A DNA stretch of 64,000 nt from an uncultured Gammaproteobacteria bacterium (GTDB lineage Bacteria > Patescibacteriota > Microgenomatia > Daviesbacterales > UBA10151), in NCBI GenBank assembly GCA_964392925.1, contig CAYMRP010000001.1, positions 51,945 to 115,944 on the forward strand, given 5' to 3'. A program made the translations under genes and the position numbers. Every line of letters starts with the position of its first letter. The first letter of the stretch is position 1. Below the pieces are notes generated by a model, which ran no database searches, was not told the origin of the DNA, and saw only the letters and a program-made list of their open reading frames with translations. This document shows, in pieces, positions 10,419 to 20,705 of the stretch.

Positions 10419-11285
10419 ATGACAAAAATAAAATTATCAGCCGCCATAGCCACATATAATGAAGAAGAAAATATAGCCGAGTGTTTGGACTCCATTAAAG
10501 ATATTGTCGACGAAATTGTTATCGTTGACGGCTCTTCCACAGATAAAACCGTAGAAATAGCCCGTAAATATAATGCCGTCATTGTCATTACTGACAATCC
10601 TCCAATTTTTCATATTAACAAGCAAAAAGCCTTTGATAAGGCATCAGGTGAATGGGTCCTTTATTTGGATGCAGATGAGAGGGTTAGCAAGCCATTGGGT
10701 CAGGAGATTTTAAGAGTAATTTCTATGGACAATTCTCAAATTGAAGATTACCAGCAGAGCATTAATAAAAGAAAACTATTCTTAAGACATCAGCATCTCC
10801 TGGAAGAGAGAGATGGAAAAATAGGCACTGTTGACGGAGATTATGTCGCTTTTTTCTTCCCCCGTTTAAACTACTTTTTAGGTAAATTCCTCAAATATGG
10901 CGGAGTTTACCCAGACGGGGTTATCAGGCTTTTTAAAAATAACAAAGCTTATCTGCCCGCCAAAGATGTTCACGAGCAAATGGTAGTTGACGGCAAAGTT
11001 GGTTGGCTGGCAAATGATCTAGTTCATTACGATTCCAAAACTTTCAGCAGATATTTGCAAAGAAACAGCCGCTACATCGATTTACTGGCTGCTGATCTGA
11101 GAGAACAACATTTGAAGAAAACATTATTTAATTTTGTTGATTATACTTTTATTAAGCCAACTCATTGGTTTCTGATGACTTCAATACGCAACAAAGGAAT
11201 TCTTGATGGCCCTCAAGGTTTAATCTTTTCATTCTTTTCTGCTCTCAGATTCCCAAGAGCATATTGGAGGTATATAACTAAGTGA
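10419..11285 (+). CDS. GT2 glycosyltransferase (WaaE/KdtX-like)
   Basis: ATYNEEENI, VDGSSTD, LDADE, YPD..IRLF, VHE, GILDG. Confidence 0.85.
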   Translation: MTKIKLSAAIATYNEEENIAECLDSIKDIVDEIVIVDGSSTDKTVEIARKYNAVIVITDNPPIFHINKQKAFDKASGEWVLYLDADERVSKPLGQEILRVISMDNSQIEDYQQSINKRKLFLRHQHLLEERDGKIGTVDGDYVAFFFPRLNYFLGKFLKYGGVYPDGVIRLFKNNKAYLPAKDVHEQMVVDGKVGWLANDLVHYDSKTFSRYLQRNSRYIDLLAADLREQHLKKTLFNFVDYTFIKPTHWFLMTSIRNKGILDGPQGLIFSFFSALRFPRAYWRYITK

Positions 11286-12316
11286 AAGTCGGTATCGATA
11301 TTTCCTCACTTCATTCGCTAAGTAAGGGCCGTGGTATAGGCTTCTATACTCAAGCGCTGATAGATTCTCTAAAAAAGTATACTGATGTTGAAATAAAAGT
11401 AATTGAATCCATCAATCAGCAGCAGAATGTAGATCTCATTCATTATCCCTTTTTTGATTTTTTCAGACCAACTCTAAAAATTAATAATTATATCCCCACA
11501 GTAGTCACCATTCATGATGTAATCCCTTTATTATTCCCTAAGAATTATCCCCCGGGGATTAGAGGCCGGGTAAATCTATTCCTCCAAAAACAATCGCTAA
11601 ATAAAACTAAAGCAATTATCACCGATTCTAAATCATCAACCAACGATATTACTAAAATTTTAAAAGTCCCGCAAAATAAAGTTCACACCGTTTACTTAGC
11701 GAGTTCTGAGCATTTTACAAAACTTACTGAAAAAGAAATAAACGAAAGAACCAAAAAGTTCAATCTTCCTGAAATATTTGCGCTGTACAGCGGCGGTGTA
11801 AATTGGAATAAGAATCTTATTAATCAAACCGAAGCTGCCCTAAAAAGCGATATCGATCTGGTTTTAGTCGGTGGAGGTTTTGATAACAAAAACAATTTAG
11901 ATCATCCAGAGATGAAAGAATTCAAACAATTTCTTAATAAGTATCAAAACAATCCTAAAATCCATATCTTAGGTTTTGTCTCAGATGAAGAACTAGTCGG
12001 GTTAATGAATAGAGCAAAAGCACTCCTATTTGCCTCTCGTTATGAAGGATTTGGTCTCCCAATCTTGGAGTCACAAGCCTGTGGCACTCCTATAATAACT
12101 GGAAATATATCATCAATGCCGGAAGTTGCGGGTGACGGGGCAATTCTCGTTGATCCCAACTCTGTTGATCAAATTAGCTTAAGTCTAAGTAACATTATTC
12201 ATGACGAAGATAATCGTAAACTAGTAATAAAAAAAGGATTTGAGAATTTAAATAATTTTTCCTGGAAAAAAACAGCAGTCGAAACACTAAAAGTTTACCA
12301 AAATGCGCTGGGATAA
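11282..12316 (+). CDS. GT4 glycosyltransferase (MtfB/WbpY-like)
   Basis: RGIGFY, TIHDVIP, SRYEGFGLPILESQACGTP, SMPEVAG, FSWKKTA. Confidence 0.9.
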   Translation: MKVGIDISSLHSLSKGRGIGFYTQALIDSLKKYTDVEIKVIESINQQQNVDLIHYPFFDFFRPTLKINNYIPTVVTIHDVIPLLFPKNYPPGIRGRVNLFLQKQSLNKTKAIITDSKSSTNDITKILKVPQNKVHTVYLASSEHFTKLTEKEINERTKKFNLPEIFALYSGGVNWNKNLINQTEAALKSDIDLVLVGGGFDNKNNLDHPEMKEFKQFLNKYQNNPKIHILGFVSDEELVGLMNRAKALLFASRYEGFGLPILESQACGTPIITGNISSMPEVAGDGAILVDPNSVDQISLSLSNIIHDEDNRKLVIKKGFENLNNFSWKKTAVETLKVYQNALG

Positions 12317-13457
12317 ATTTCTAAAATTCGATTCAAATTACTCGGCTATTATCTGCCTTTTTATAATTTGGAAAATCGTACTTTTACTTGTTCTCCTCGC
12401 CTCATTTGAATTCATTCCTCTCTACAGCAAACACCTTCTCGGTGGAGGCTTTGATAATTATCTAGTCAATTTTTACTCTCTGCCATGGGCAAATTTTGAT
12501 GGAGAACATTTTACTTCAATTGCCCAATTCGGTTACAGACAATACCAGCAAGCATTTTTCCCTCTATATCCAAATCTTATTTCCATTGGTATGAATATAT
12601 TTGGCGAGAATATTAGAATTGCCGCAATTAGCGGATTGATAATATCATCAGTCGCTTTTATATCAGCTCTCGGACTTTTCTATAAATTATTAAAACTAGA
12701 TTACAACAGAAATTTTTCTTTGGGTGTTATTCTTATTCTACTTTTATATCCCGCCTCCTTTTACTTTAATGCTGTATATACTGAATCAATCTTTTTATTT
12801 TTAGTAGTAGCCTCATTCTATTTTTTTAGAACTAAAAGCTATTTTTGGGCTGGAATTTTTGGCTTTTTAGCCTCAACAACCAGAGTGTTCGGCGTATTAT
12901 TATTCTTAAGTTTTATCATTGATGCCCTAGCAAGTAAAACTCCTTTAAGAAAAATTTATTGGATTCTGTTAATCCCTGCAGGTCTTATAAGTTACATGGC
13001 CTATCTTTATTATAGCGTTGGTGATCCGCTGGCATTCTATAGTCTTCAGCTAATAGTTGGGGAGCAGCATCAGCGGGGTATTGTTCTCTTTCCTCAAGTA
13101 GTCTTCCGTTATCTAAAAATCATAGTAGATGTAGATTCTATTTCTCCACTTTTGACGACAATTCTTTTCGAATTAGCAACCGGAATTGTTTTTATGCTTC
13201 TGCCCATAATTGGTTTATTCAAAAAAGTCAGACTCTCTTATTTATTCTTTGCTTTTGCCGGTTTTGTTTTGCCAACTATCCAAGGAAGTTTTTCTTCCCT
13301 TCCCCGCTATGTTCTGATATTATTCCCTAGCTTTATAGTCCTGGCACTTATGGTTAAAAATTTACCAACCTCAATAAAAATTCTACTGGCTCTTATTAGC
13401 TTCTGTCTGTTGATACTTGAAACTGCCTTTTTCTTAAGAGGGTATTGGGTAGCCTGA
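12303..13457 (+). CDS. PIG-V-like (GT76) polyprenyl-P-sugar-dependent membrane glycosyltransferase
   Basis: WANFDGEHF..IA..GY, AFFPLYP, YTESIF, TR..G, SLPRY. Confidence 0.8.
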   Translation: MRWDKFLKFDSNYSAIICLFIIWKIVLLLVLLASFEFIPLYSKHLLGGGFDNYLVNFYSLPWANFDGEHFTSIAQFGYRQYQQAFFPLYPNLISIGMNIFGENIRIAAISGLIISSVAFISALGLFYKLLKLDYNRNFSLGVILILLLYPASFYFNAVYTESIFLFLVVASFYFFRTKSYFWAGIFGFLASTTRVFGVLLFLSFIIDALASKTPLRKIYWILLIPAGLISYMAYLYYSVGDPLAFYSLQLIVGEQHQRGIVLFPQVVFRYLKIIVDVDSISPLLTTILFELATGIVFMLLPIIGLFKKVRLSYLFFAFAGFVLPTIQGSFSSLPRYVLILFPSFIVLALMVKNLPTSIKILLALISFCLLILETAFFLRGYWVA

Positions 13458-14128
13458 TGAAAACCGCTGTTGTTTTACCAATATTCAACGAACAAAAGAA
13501 TCTTAGCAGTTTTCTAAACACTCTCGCAAAAATCACACTTCCTGTTTTTCTAGTTAACGATGGATCAACTGACAAAACCCTCGAAATAATTAATAAAAAG
13601 CACCTAACAAAAAAAGTCACTCTAATGTCGCACAAAATTAATCTTGGCAAGGGCTCAGCAATGAGAACTGGCGCAGAGGCTGCTTTTCAGGCTGGATATG
13701 AAGCCGTCATATTTATGGATGCCGACGGTCAACATAGCACCGAAGATCTAGAAAAATTTACCAAACAATTAAATACCGGAAACTATGAGGTAGTGTTGGG
13801 ATCACGTAATCTACATCACGGCGTGCCCCTAATTAGGTTTCTAGGCAATAAATTTGCTTCAGTTTTGATATCCTTATTGTTTGGGATTTATGTATCAGAT
13901 ATACTTTCTGGATTCAGGGCAGTGACAAAAACTGGATATAAAAAAATGAATCTTGAGTCAGCCGGATACGGGATTGAAACAGAAATAATCGTAAAAATTG
14001 CCAAACTTAATTTAAAAAGTACCGAGGTTCCAATCCAAACGATCTACCATGATAAAAATAAAGGCGTAACAATTTTGGATTCTATAGGAATTCTTGCAGA
14101 TGTTTTTAAGTGGAAATTGAACTTATGA
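13457..14128 (+). CDS. DPM1/GtrB-like GT2 polyprenyl-phosphate sugar synthase
   Basis: PIFNE, VNDGSTD, NLGKG, MDADGQH, GSR, DILSGFRA; TGATG coupling places the start at 13457. Confidence 0.85.
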   Translation: MKTAVVLPIFNEQKNLSSFLNTLAKITLPVFLVNDGSTDKTLEIINKKHLTKKVTLMSHKINLGKGSAMRTGAEAAFQAGYEAVIFMDADGQHSTEDLEKFTKQLNTGNYEVVLGSRNLHHGVPLIRFLGNKFASVLISLLFGIYVSDILSGFRAVTKTGYKKMNLESAGYGIETEIIVKIAKLNLKSTEVPIQTIYHDKNKGVTILDSIGILADVFKWKLNL

Positions 14129-14472
14129 TAATTGGTCTACAACTCATCGCCATAATATTTTCATTAATTATGATCTACTTCGCTTACCTTCACTTCATGA
14201 GAGGTGAACTAAATAAAGGCGAAATTGCTTCATGGTGGGTAATATGGACCGCTACAATAATCGTTACAATCTTCCCTGATTTACTAAGCGGCTTTGCTAG
14301 AACTATTTCAATAAATCGCGTTTTCGATTTAATGGTCGTCGGTGGATTTATCGTAGTTATTTTTATGTCATACAAAGCCTATGTCGGAACAAAAAAAATT
14401 CAGCGGAAAATTGACGAATTCATCCGCAAAGAATCCTTAAAGGACCTCCAAAATGGCAAAAAAAGTAAGTAA
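14125..14472 (+). CDS. DUF2304-family small membrane protein
   Basis: Three TM helices, W..W, FP, R..D pattern; directly after a DPM1-like GT2; ATGA overlap at 14125. Confidence 0.75.
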   Translation: MIIGLQLIAIIFSLIMIYFAYLHFMRGELNKGEIASWWVIWTATIIVTIFPDLLSGFARTISINRVFDLMVVGGFIVVIFMSYKAYVGTKKIQRKIDEFIRKESLKDLQNGKKSK

Positions 14473-15253
14473 TAATTCTCTGCCAAAAATCTCCATCGTC
14501 ATGCCTGTCTTTAACGGTGAAAGCTATATAAAACAAGCGATCGACTCTATCCTAACGCAGGATTACCCTAATTTTGAGCTATTTATAAAAGATGGCGGCT
14601 CCAAAGATTCGACAATCAAAATTCTTAAGGAGTATGCCAAAAAGTATCCATTAAAAATTAGATGGATCTCAAAAAAAGATCAAGGTCAGGCGGATGCGAT
14701 CAATTACGGCTTAAATCAGATAAATGGGGAAGTGATAGCCTACTTAAATGCAGATGATGTATACAAGCCAGGCACTTTTAAAATAGTGGGAGAGTATTTT
14801 ATGAATAATCCTCGTAAACTTTGGCTTATTGGTAAATGCGATATCATAAATAATCAAAACAAAGAAATTAGAAAACTAATAACTTTCTATAAAAACTTTT
14901 GGCTCAGTATCTATTCATATAATGTCCTTCTGGTTTTGAATTTTATATCTCAAATGGCAGTTTTTTGGCGAAAAGAAGCATTTGAAAAAGTTGGCAATTT
15001 TGATGCTTCGCAATACTATGTTATGGATTATGATTATTGGCTTCGCTTAGGAAAAGTTGGAAATCCCGGAATAATTGATAAATACCTGGCTAGTTTCAGG
15101 GTGATAAATTCCTCAAAAAGTTCAACCGGTTTTATAAAACAGTTTGCTGACGAGTACAAAGTTGCCGGAAAATATACTAAAAATAAATTACTTTTGAATT
15201 TACATCTTATTCATACTAGAATAATAACTTCAGTCTATAGAATTCTTAGTTAA
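14453..15253 (+). CDS. GT2 glycosyltransferase (WcaE/WfgS-like)
   Basis: [31 protein letters not shown]. Confidence 0.88.
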   Translation: MAKKVSNNSLPKISIVMPVFNGESYIKQAIDSILTQDYPNFELFIKDGGSKDSTIKILKEYAKKYPLKIRWISKKDQGQADAINYGLNQINGEVIAYLNADDVYKPGTFKIVGEYFMNNPRKLWLIGKCDIINNQNKEIRKLITFYKNFWLSIYSYNVLLVLNFISQMAVFWRKEAFEKVGNFDASQYYVMDYDYWLRLGKVGNPGIIDKYLASFRVINSSKSSTGFIKQFADEYKVAGKYTKNKLLLNLHLIHTRIITSVYRILS

Positions 15254-15254
15254 G

Positions 15255-16205
15255 ATGATCAGTAAAAATAAACCAAATTCTTTCTGGCACAATAAAAAAG
15301 TCCTTCTAACTGGCGGTTCTGGCTTCCTTGGAAGTGTGATAACTAAAAAACTTCGTGAAATGGGCGTAGAACCAATTATTCCTAGATCCAAATCTGAAGA
15401 CTTAAGAATTCAATCTGTAGCGAAAAAAGTTGTTAAAGGTATCGATATCGTAATTCATGCAGCTGGCAATGTTGGCGGTATAGGCTATAATCGTGAACAT
15501 CCTGGAACTCTTTTTTACGACAATTTAATGATGGGAGTTCAATTAATGGAGGAAGCCAGACTTGCAGGAGTAGATAAATTTGTCGCGATAGGCACAATCT
15601 GTGCTTATCCTAAATTTACCCCAATACCTTTTAAAGAAACCGACATTTGGAATGGATACCCAGAAGAAACAAATGCCCCTTATGGACTTGCCAAGAAAAT
15701 GTTATTAGTCCAGTCAGAATCATACCGTCAGGAGTTCGGATTCAATTCAATATTTATTTTGCCTGTTAATCTTTACGGCCCAGGTGATAATTTTGATCCC
15801 GAATCAAGTCACGTTATCCCGGCCCTTATAAAAAAATTCACCGAAGCGGTAAATAATAATGATAAGTCAGTTACTGTTTGGGGTTCTGGAAATGCCACCA
15901 GAGAGTTTCTCTATGTCGATGACTGTGCCGACGGAATCCTAAAAGCAGCCGAACTCTATGACAAATCCGATCCCGTAAATCTTGGGTCTTCTTTTGAAAT
16001 CTCAATTAAAGATTTAGCGAGTTTAATTGCAAAACTCACTAATTTTAACGGAGAAATTATTTGGGATAAATCAAAACCCGATGGCCAGCCCCGAAGAAAA
16101 TTAGATACCGCAAAAGCCGAAGAAGAATTTGGATTTAAATCCAAAGTAAATTTTGAAGAAGGTCTCAGAAAGACTATAGAATGGTATAAGAATACAAAAC
16201 CATAA
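15255..16205 (+). CDS. fcl: GDP-L-fucose synthase
   Basis: [69 protein letters not shown]. Confidence 0.92.
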   Translation: MISKNKPNSFWHNKKVLLTGGSGFLGSVITKKLREMGVEPIIPRSKSEDLRIQSVAKKVVKGIDIVIHAAGNVGGIGYNREHPGTLFYDNLMMGVQLMEEARLAGVDKFVAIGTICAYPKFTPIPFKETDIWNGYPEETNAPYGLAKKMLLVQSESYRQEFGFNSIFILPVNLYGPGDNFDPESSHVIPALIKKFTEAVNNNDKSVTVWGSGNATREFLYVDDCADGILKAAELYDKSDPVNLGSSFEISIKDLASLIAKLTNFNGEIIWDKSKPDGQPRRKLDTAKAEEEFGFKSKVNFEEGLRKTIEWYKNTKP

Positions 16206-16220
16206 ATCCTCACAATATAA

Positions 16221-18050
16221 ATGGCATTATCCATAATCCCTAAACTATTACTGCTTATATACGGTTATATTTTTTTATCCACAGAATTTTTCTCCCTTTT
16301 CAATCTGATTTCAAGACAATGGCTATTACCTCTTGATTCTCTTTTTATAATTTTTCTATTCTATTTTTACAGAAATGACATTCAGAATCTATTCAATTCG
16401 ATAAATTTCAAATCTCTGCCCATTCAAATTCTAATATTACTTTTCTCTGTCACTTTTGTTCAGGGATTGTTTAGTGCACCGAGCACTACAGACAGTATGG
16501 TCTATCACATTCCCCGGGTCATGTACTGGATGCAGGAGCAAACTCTCTTTCAAAATGTAATTAGAGGCTCACATGACTTTATGGCACCCTTCGGTGAATA
16601 TATCACGTTGCATCTCTATTTCATTTCGGGCAGCGATAGATTTCTTTTTCTTTCCCAATGGCTAGCATATTTATCTTCTGTAGTTCTTTGCGTTTTAATA
16701 TCCAAAGAATTCTTTGATAAAAAAATCAGGTCTGACTACCTAGCCCTATTCGCCGCCGCGCTTCCAATAGCAGTTCTTCAGTCCTCAAGTACGCAGACTG
16801 ATTTGGTAACTACTGTTATAGTTCTTCTCAGTACCTACTATGCGCTGCGTTTTAGAAAGATGCCTAGTCTCAGAAACTCACTCGCCGTTGGATTATCAAT
16901 TGGTCTTGGAATTTTAACTAAAGCGACATTTGTAATCTTTAGCATAATTCCAATCGCCATTTTAGTTTTAATGATTTGGGAAAACAAAAAAAACTGGAAA
17001 AAAATAATCATCCTTCTGGCAGTTGCAGTACTATTATCCCTAACTCTTCAACTAAGATTTTTTTCTCAAAACCTATCTCTTTTCGGCAGTATATCTGGCC
17101 AACCAATTATTGAAGAGGGGAGTGGTTACACGAATGAACTTTTATCTGGACCAATAATTATCTCAAACTTAATTAGGAATTCTTTTATAAATCTTCCACT
17201 GCCTCTTATTAATATTCCCGTTCAAAGTTTTATATACATATTTCATGATCTAATTAATCTCGACCCAAATGATCCCAAAACTACCTATTCAGGCACGATT
17301 TTTAAAGTTTCCCCCATTATCTATCCTCAAGAGGATATAGTAGCCAGTCCGATACATTTCATTTTGATTCTAGTAGGAGGAGTATATATTTTGTTTAACA
17401 GAAGAAGTTTTAAAGATTCTAAACTGCCTATATTTATCTACACAATTTCAATCGCCTCATTTTTTATCTTCTCATCACTCTTAAAATGGCAGCCCTTCCA
17501 TTCAAGACTGTTAATTCCTTTCCTCTTAATTGGATCTATTAGCTCATACGTAATATTAGCCAAACAGAAATATCTCGAATTGCCTTTAAAAATAGTTGTA
17601 TCTATAAGTGTTATCTTGGCTTTTCTTTTAGCGATTCTAAATGTCTCAAGAAGTTACTTGCCGTATAAAGTATTCATTCAGTACATTAACCATTTCACTC
17701 TGCCTTTGGCTTCTGTCCCGGAGCCATTTTTCCAAAAATCTCGCATTAGTCAATATTTTAATTCCCGGTATTATTGGGAAAAACCATATCGTCAGGTCAT
17801 AGATCAACTAGAAATCAATAATTCCTCACAGGAAATCTCATTTCATCTTATGGATGAATTTGAGTATCCTTTTTGGGTTCTGCTAAAAGATGCGGGCTTA
17901 AATTTCCATATCACACCTCATGCTGACGCATCGGACAACACTATACTAATAACAACATCCAAAGAATCTTTTAAAAAAGATGGCTTTGTTACCAGCTGTT
18001 ATAAAACAGAACTAGAATACGGGTTTGCCTGCATTTCTCAAAAAAGATAA
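16221..18050 (+). CDS. Polytopic GT-C-like membrane protein, putative glycosyltransferase
   Basis: Many TM helices, DSMVYHIPRV acidic first-loop motif, SSTQTD, LTKAT, WQP..SRL. Confidence 0.65.
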   Translation: MALSIIPKLLLLIYGYIFLSTEFFSLFNLISRQWLLPLDSLFIIFLFYFYRNDIQNLFNSINFKSLPIQILILLFSVTFVQGLFSAPSTTDSMVYHIPRVMYWMQEQTLFQNVIRGSHDFMAPFGEYITLHLYFISGSDRFLFLSQWLAYLSSVVLCVLISKEFFDKKIRSDYLALFAAALPIAVLQSSSTQTDLVTTVIVLLSTYYALRFRKMPSLRNSLAVGLSIGLGILTKATFVIFSIIPIAILVLMIWENKKNWKKIIILLAVAVLLSLTLQLRFFSQNLSLFGSISGQPIIEEGSGYTNELLSGPIIISNLIRNSFINLPLPLINIPVQSFIYIFHDLINLDPNDPKTTYSGTIFKVSPIIYPQEDIVASPIHFILILVGGVYILFNRRSFKDSKLPIFIYTISIASFFIFSSLLKWQPFHSRLLIPFLLIGSISSYVILAKQKYLELPLKIVVSISVILAFLLAILNVSRSYLPYKVFIQYINHFTLPLASVPEPFFQKSRISQYFNSRYYWEKPYRQVIDQLEINNSSQEISFHLMDEFEYPFWVLLKDAGLNFHITPHADASDNTILITTSKESFKKDGFVTSCYKTELEYGFACISQKR

Positions 18051-18051
18051 C

Positions 18052-18840
18052 TCACTTTATCAGGTATTTTTCCCAAAAACTTCTCTCGTACTTTGCCCAA
18101 GCATGGCAACCAAACGGTATTTGTTTATGATTTAATTCAAAACATTTTCCAGGATATTTTTCGATAGAAAATTTTAAAGCTTCATTAAAAGGTGCAATTT
18201 TAAATTTAGGAGAATACTTAATTGCCTCAAAGGACCAAAACCCATCCTCATTAAAAGGATAATCTTTCGCTGGTGCATTCAGCCATTGACCATGTGTCTT
18301 CCTTTCAAAAAGGGCCTTCAAGAACCAAAATTTACGTATCATTGGGTTGACTGACTGTCTCTTAGCCGATTCCTTCGTAATTTGAATCACTTTAATAAAT
18401 GATGAAACTTTCCTCAATGAAAGTCCGCCATTCCCTCCAGTAAATTTCTCACCCATTTTATGAGTTAACCTACCAATAATTGATTCAAACAAAGGAGCCC
18501 CGATATAATCAAATCCTCGTCCGCACCAGTCGTTTAACTTATCAGAAAATACTAGAGCATCAAGCTGGTATATTAGTACATATTCATATTTACTAAAGCG
18601 CTGATAAAATTCCTCGCTATTCATAAGTTCAGAATACTTACTTAAAGATTGGAAAAAATATGATGGAAAATGTTCAATCTTTAGTCGTGATAAATCCAAA
18701 GTTATGTTAGGAATTGAATCAGGAAGAACTAGATATTTATCATAATTATTTAGATATTTATTCAAATGCTTTACAGAAGTTTTTTCATCCGGTGTTAACT
18801 TCTTTCTGTAGTGGGGGATTATTATTGCAACTTTCTTCAT
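18052..18840 (-). CDS. DUF5672-family protein, putative GT-A-like glycan enzyme
   Basis: YQLDALVF, DYIGAP, GNGGLSLRKV, NED.FW, PFGCHAW. Confidence 0.7.
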   Translation of the reverse strand: MKKVAIIIPHYRKKLTPDEKTSVKHLNKYLNNYDKYLVLPDSIPNITLDLSRLKIEHFPSYFFQSLSKYSELMNSEEFYQRFSKYEYVLIYQLDALVFSDKLNDWCGRGFDYIGAPLFESIIGRLTHKMGEKFTGGNGGLSLRKVSSFIKVIQITKESAKRQSVNPMIRKFWFLKALFERKTHGQWLNAPAKDYPFNEDGFWSFEAIKYSPKFKIAPFNEALKFSIEKYPGKCFELNHKQIPFGCHAWAKYERSFWEKYLIK

Positions 18841-18847
18841 CAGATTT

Positions 18848-18853
18848 ACTTTA
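18848..18853 (-). promoter_or_regulatory. Putative -10 box (TAAAGT) 7 nt upstream of the ATG at 18840
   Basis: TANNNT at leaderless spacing in a divergent intergenic region. Confidence 0.35.
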
Positions 18854-18954
18854 TACTAAATTCATTTACTAAATTTAGCAATTCCCAAATCTAGAGATGG
18901 TAAATTTCCTAGTTGTAAAAAAAAAGAATTTAATCAAAAATATGCATATCTATA

Positions 18955-19674
18955 ATGAGTAAATACATCAAACATCTAACAGACCTATCTAGTAATAAAA
19001 CTTTTGGCAGAAAAAAAGATTATATAGATTATAATCTTGGCAAATATTTTAGAAAAACACCTCTAAGTCATTTAAAGGTTTTAGAAATAGGTCCTGGCTT
19101 CGGCGAATTTGAAAGTTATTTAAATGACAAAAATATCTACAATATCGACATTATTGATAATGATAAAAGTGTATTGGGTCATGTTTCAAAAAACTTCAAA
19201 ATTAAAAACAGTTATCTATCCAGTAATTTTTTGAACATTAAGACGAAATTAGGTCCCTACGACTTTATATTTCTCATGCAGGTCCTAGAACATCTACCAG
19301 TCGATAAACTCGGTCAGGTTGTTAATTTCTTATACAATAATCTAGCTCCAAACGGAGTGCTTATCTTCGTTGTTCCAAACGGTAATAATCCTTTAGGATT
19401 AATTGAAAGATATGCCGACCTCCAACACACTACCTGTTTTACAGAGCAGTCCCTCAAGGATTTAGTCAATCTCTCAAAAATAAAAAACTACAAAATAGAA
19501 ATAACTGGTTATCAAATCCCTCCCTATGATTTAATAAATCTAGTTAGAATAGTCGCCCAAAAAATTCTCCATTTTTTCCTGCTGCTGATCTTGATTATTA
19601 ACGGAGGTGTTTTCTTTAAGACAATGACACCCAATATTATGCTTACGATTAGAAAAAATAACGCCTCAAGATGA
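18955..19674 (+). CDS. Class I SAM-dependent methyltransferase
   Basis: VLEIGPGFG, QVLEH, L.PNG.L...VPN, D..H...FT. Confidence 0.85.
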   Translation: MSKYIKHLTDLSSNKTFGRKKDYIDYNLGKYFRKTPLSHLKVLEIGPGFGEFESYLNDKNIYNIDIIDNDKSVLGHVSKNFKIKNSYLSSNFLNIKTKLGPYDFIFLMQVLEHLPVDKLGQVVNFLYNNLAPNGVLIFVVPNGNNPLGLIERYADLQHTTCFTEQSLKDLVNLSKIKNYKIEITGYQIPPYDLINLVRIVAQKILHFFLLLILIINGGVFFKTMTPNIMLTIRKNNASR

Positions 19675-20703
19675 TTAGGTAAGGATATGATCACTTTTAA
19701 ATTCTGTGTACAGCTTTTCTGTTTGTAAAATAATCTTTTTCAGTTCAGCTTTTGTCCTGGTTCTATCCGAACCCCAATACTTTGTGATTAAATTCTTTTG
19801 TTTCTGTGTTATTTTATAATTAAGTTTAGAAAATTCTTCAAGTACCTCTACATAACCTTCAGATTTAAAACCTTCATTTATTCTTTTATTCCAATTCCGG
19901 CTTGTCTTCATTTTTAATTCCTCACTAATTACGATATGAGGCTTGTTCATGTATATACAAAATCCTACATGAGAACTGACAATATTTGAGGCTGTAAGAT
20001 CCGAAATACTAATCAAACTTTTCAGTCTTGGTAAAAATAATGGATCAAGCATATGTCCTGCAGTTACGCACTCGAATCCAAAATCCTGGTAGGTTTTATG
20101 TCTTCCCAGCAGAATATCTTTCCAATAGAGACAAATTCTCACTGTTCGGTCACCTGCAATCTTTTTAATTTTCCTGCATAATTTTTTAATATCGTACTCA
20201 AATCCAATAACTGGAGTCGAATGAGCCGGGAAAAAAAGTAAAGATTCTCCTAAGCGCTTTTTCTCTTTTTCGATTTCCCCATCAGTTAAATAACTCTTCG
20301 CATAATGAATAAATGGTCCAATGCTAAACATATTCGGCCGGTATTCTCTTAGAATTTTTAATCTGTAATCTGAGTAAGTGATAATAGTAGGCAAATCAGC
20401 CTCGACATCAAGATTATCGACTTGATCATTGAGATAAAGTCCGTGTTCGAGTATAAATTTAAATTGATAATTCTTCTCAAGTCCTAAATATGTCTTCAAA
20501 TTACTTGCATGCCCATACCAATCATTTGGTTGATGGATTTCATTCGTAAAAGGAGCAAACATGCTGATCTTTTGTGAAAGCGGAACAATAGATGTCAAAG
20601 GCATTCTCGCTCGTTCGCTAAGACTATTATTATGTATAAAAACCGATAAAGGATTTTTATTTGCAGCGTAAAGTAATTTTTTTACCGGTTTTCTAAAGTT
20701 CAT
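19675..20703 (-). CDS. Uncharacterised soluble protein, possible GT-B-type glycan enzyme
   Basis: EHG, IGPFIHY, FFPAHS, CLYWKD, TAGH, SSHVGFCIYMNKP; last gene of a sugar operon. Confidence 0.5.
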   Translation of the reverse strand: MNFRKPVKKLLYAANKNPLSVFIHNNSLSERARMPLTSIVPLSQKISMFAPFTNEIHQPNDWYGHASNLKTYLGLEKNYQFKFILEHGLYLNDQVDNLDVEADLPTIITYSDYRLKILREYRPNMFSIGPFIHYAKSYLTDGEIEKEKKRLGESLLFFPAHSTPVIGFEYDIKKLCRKIKKIAGDRTVRICLYWKDILLGRHKTYQDFGFECVTAGHMLDPLFLPRLKSLISISDLTASNIVSSHVGFCIYMNKPHIVISEELKMKTSRNWNKRINEGFKSEGYVEVLEEFSKLNYKITQKQKNLITKYWGSDRTRTKAELKKIILQTEKLYTEFKSDHILT

Positions 20704-20705
20704 TT

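Noticed and set aside
18913-18925. A9 tract as a phase-variable promoter spacer
   Set aside because: No convincing -10 at the right distance from TTGTAA, and A-runs are common in this AT-rich DNA
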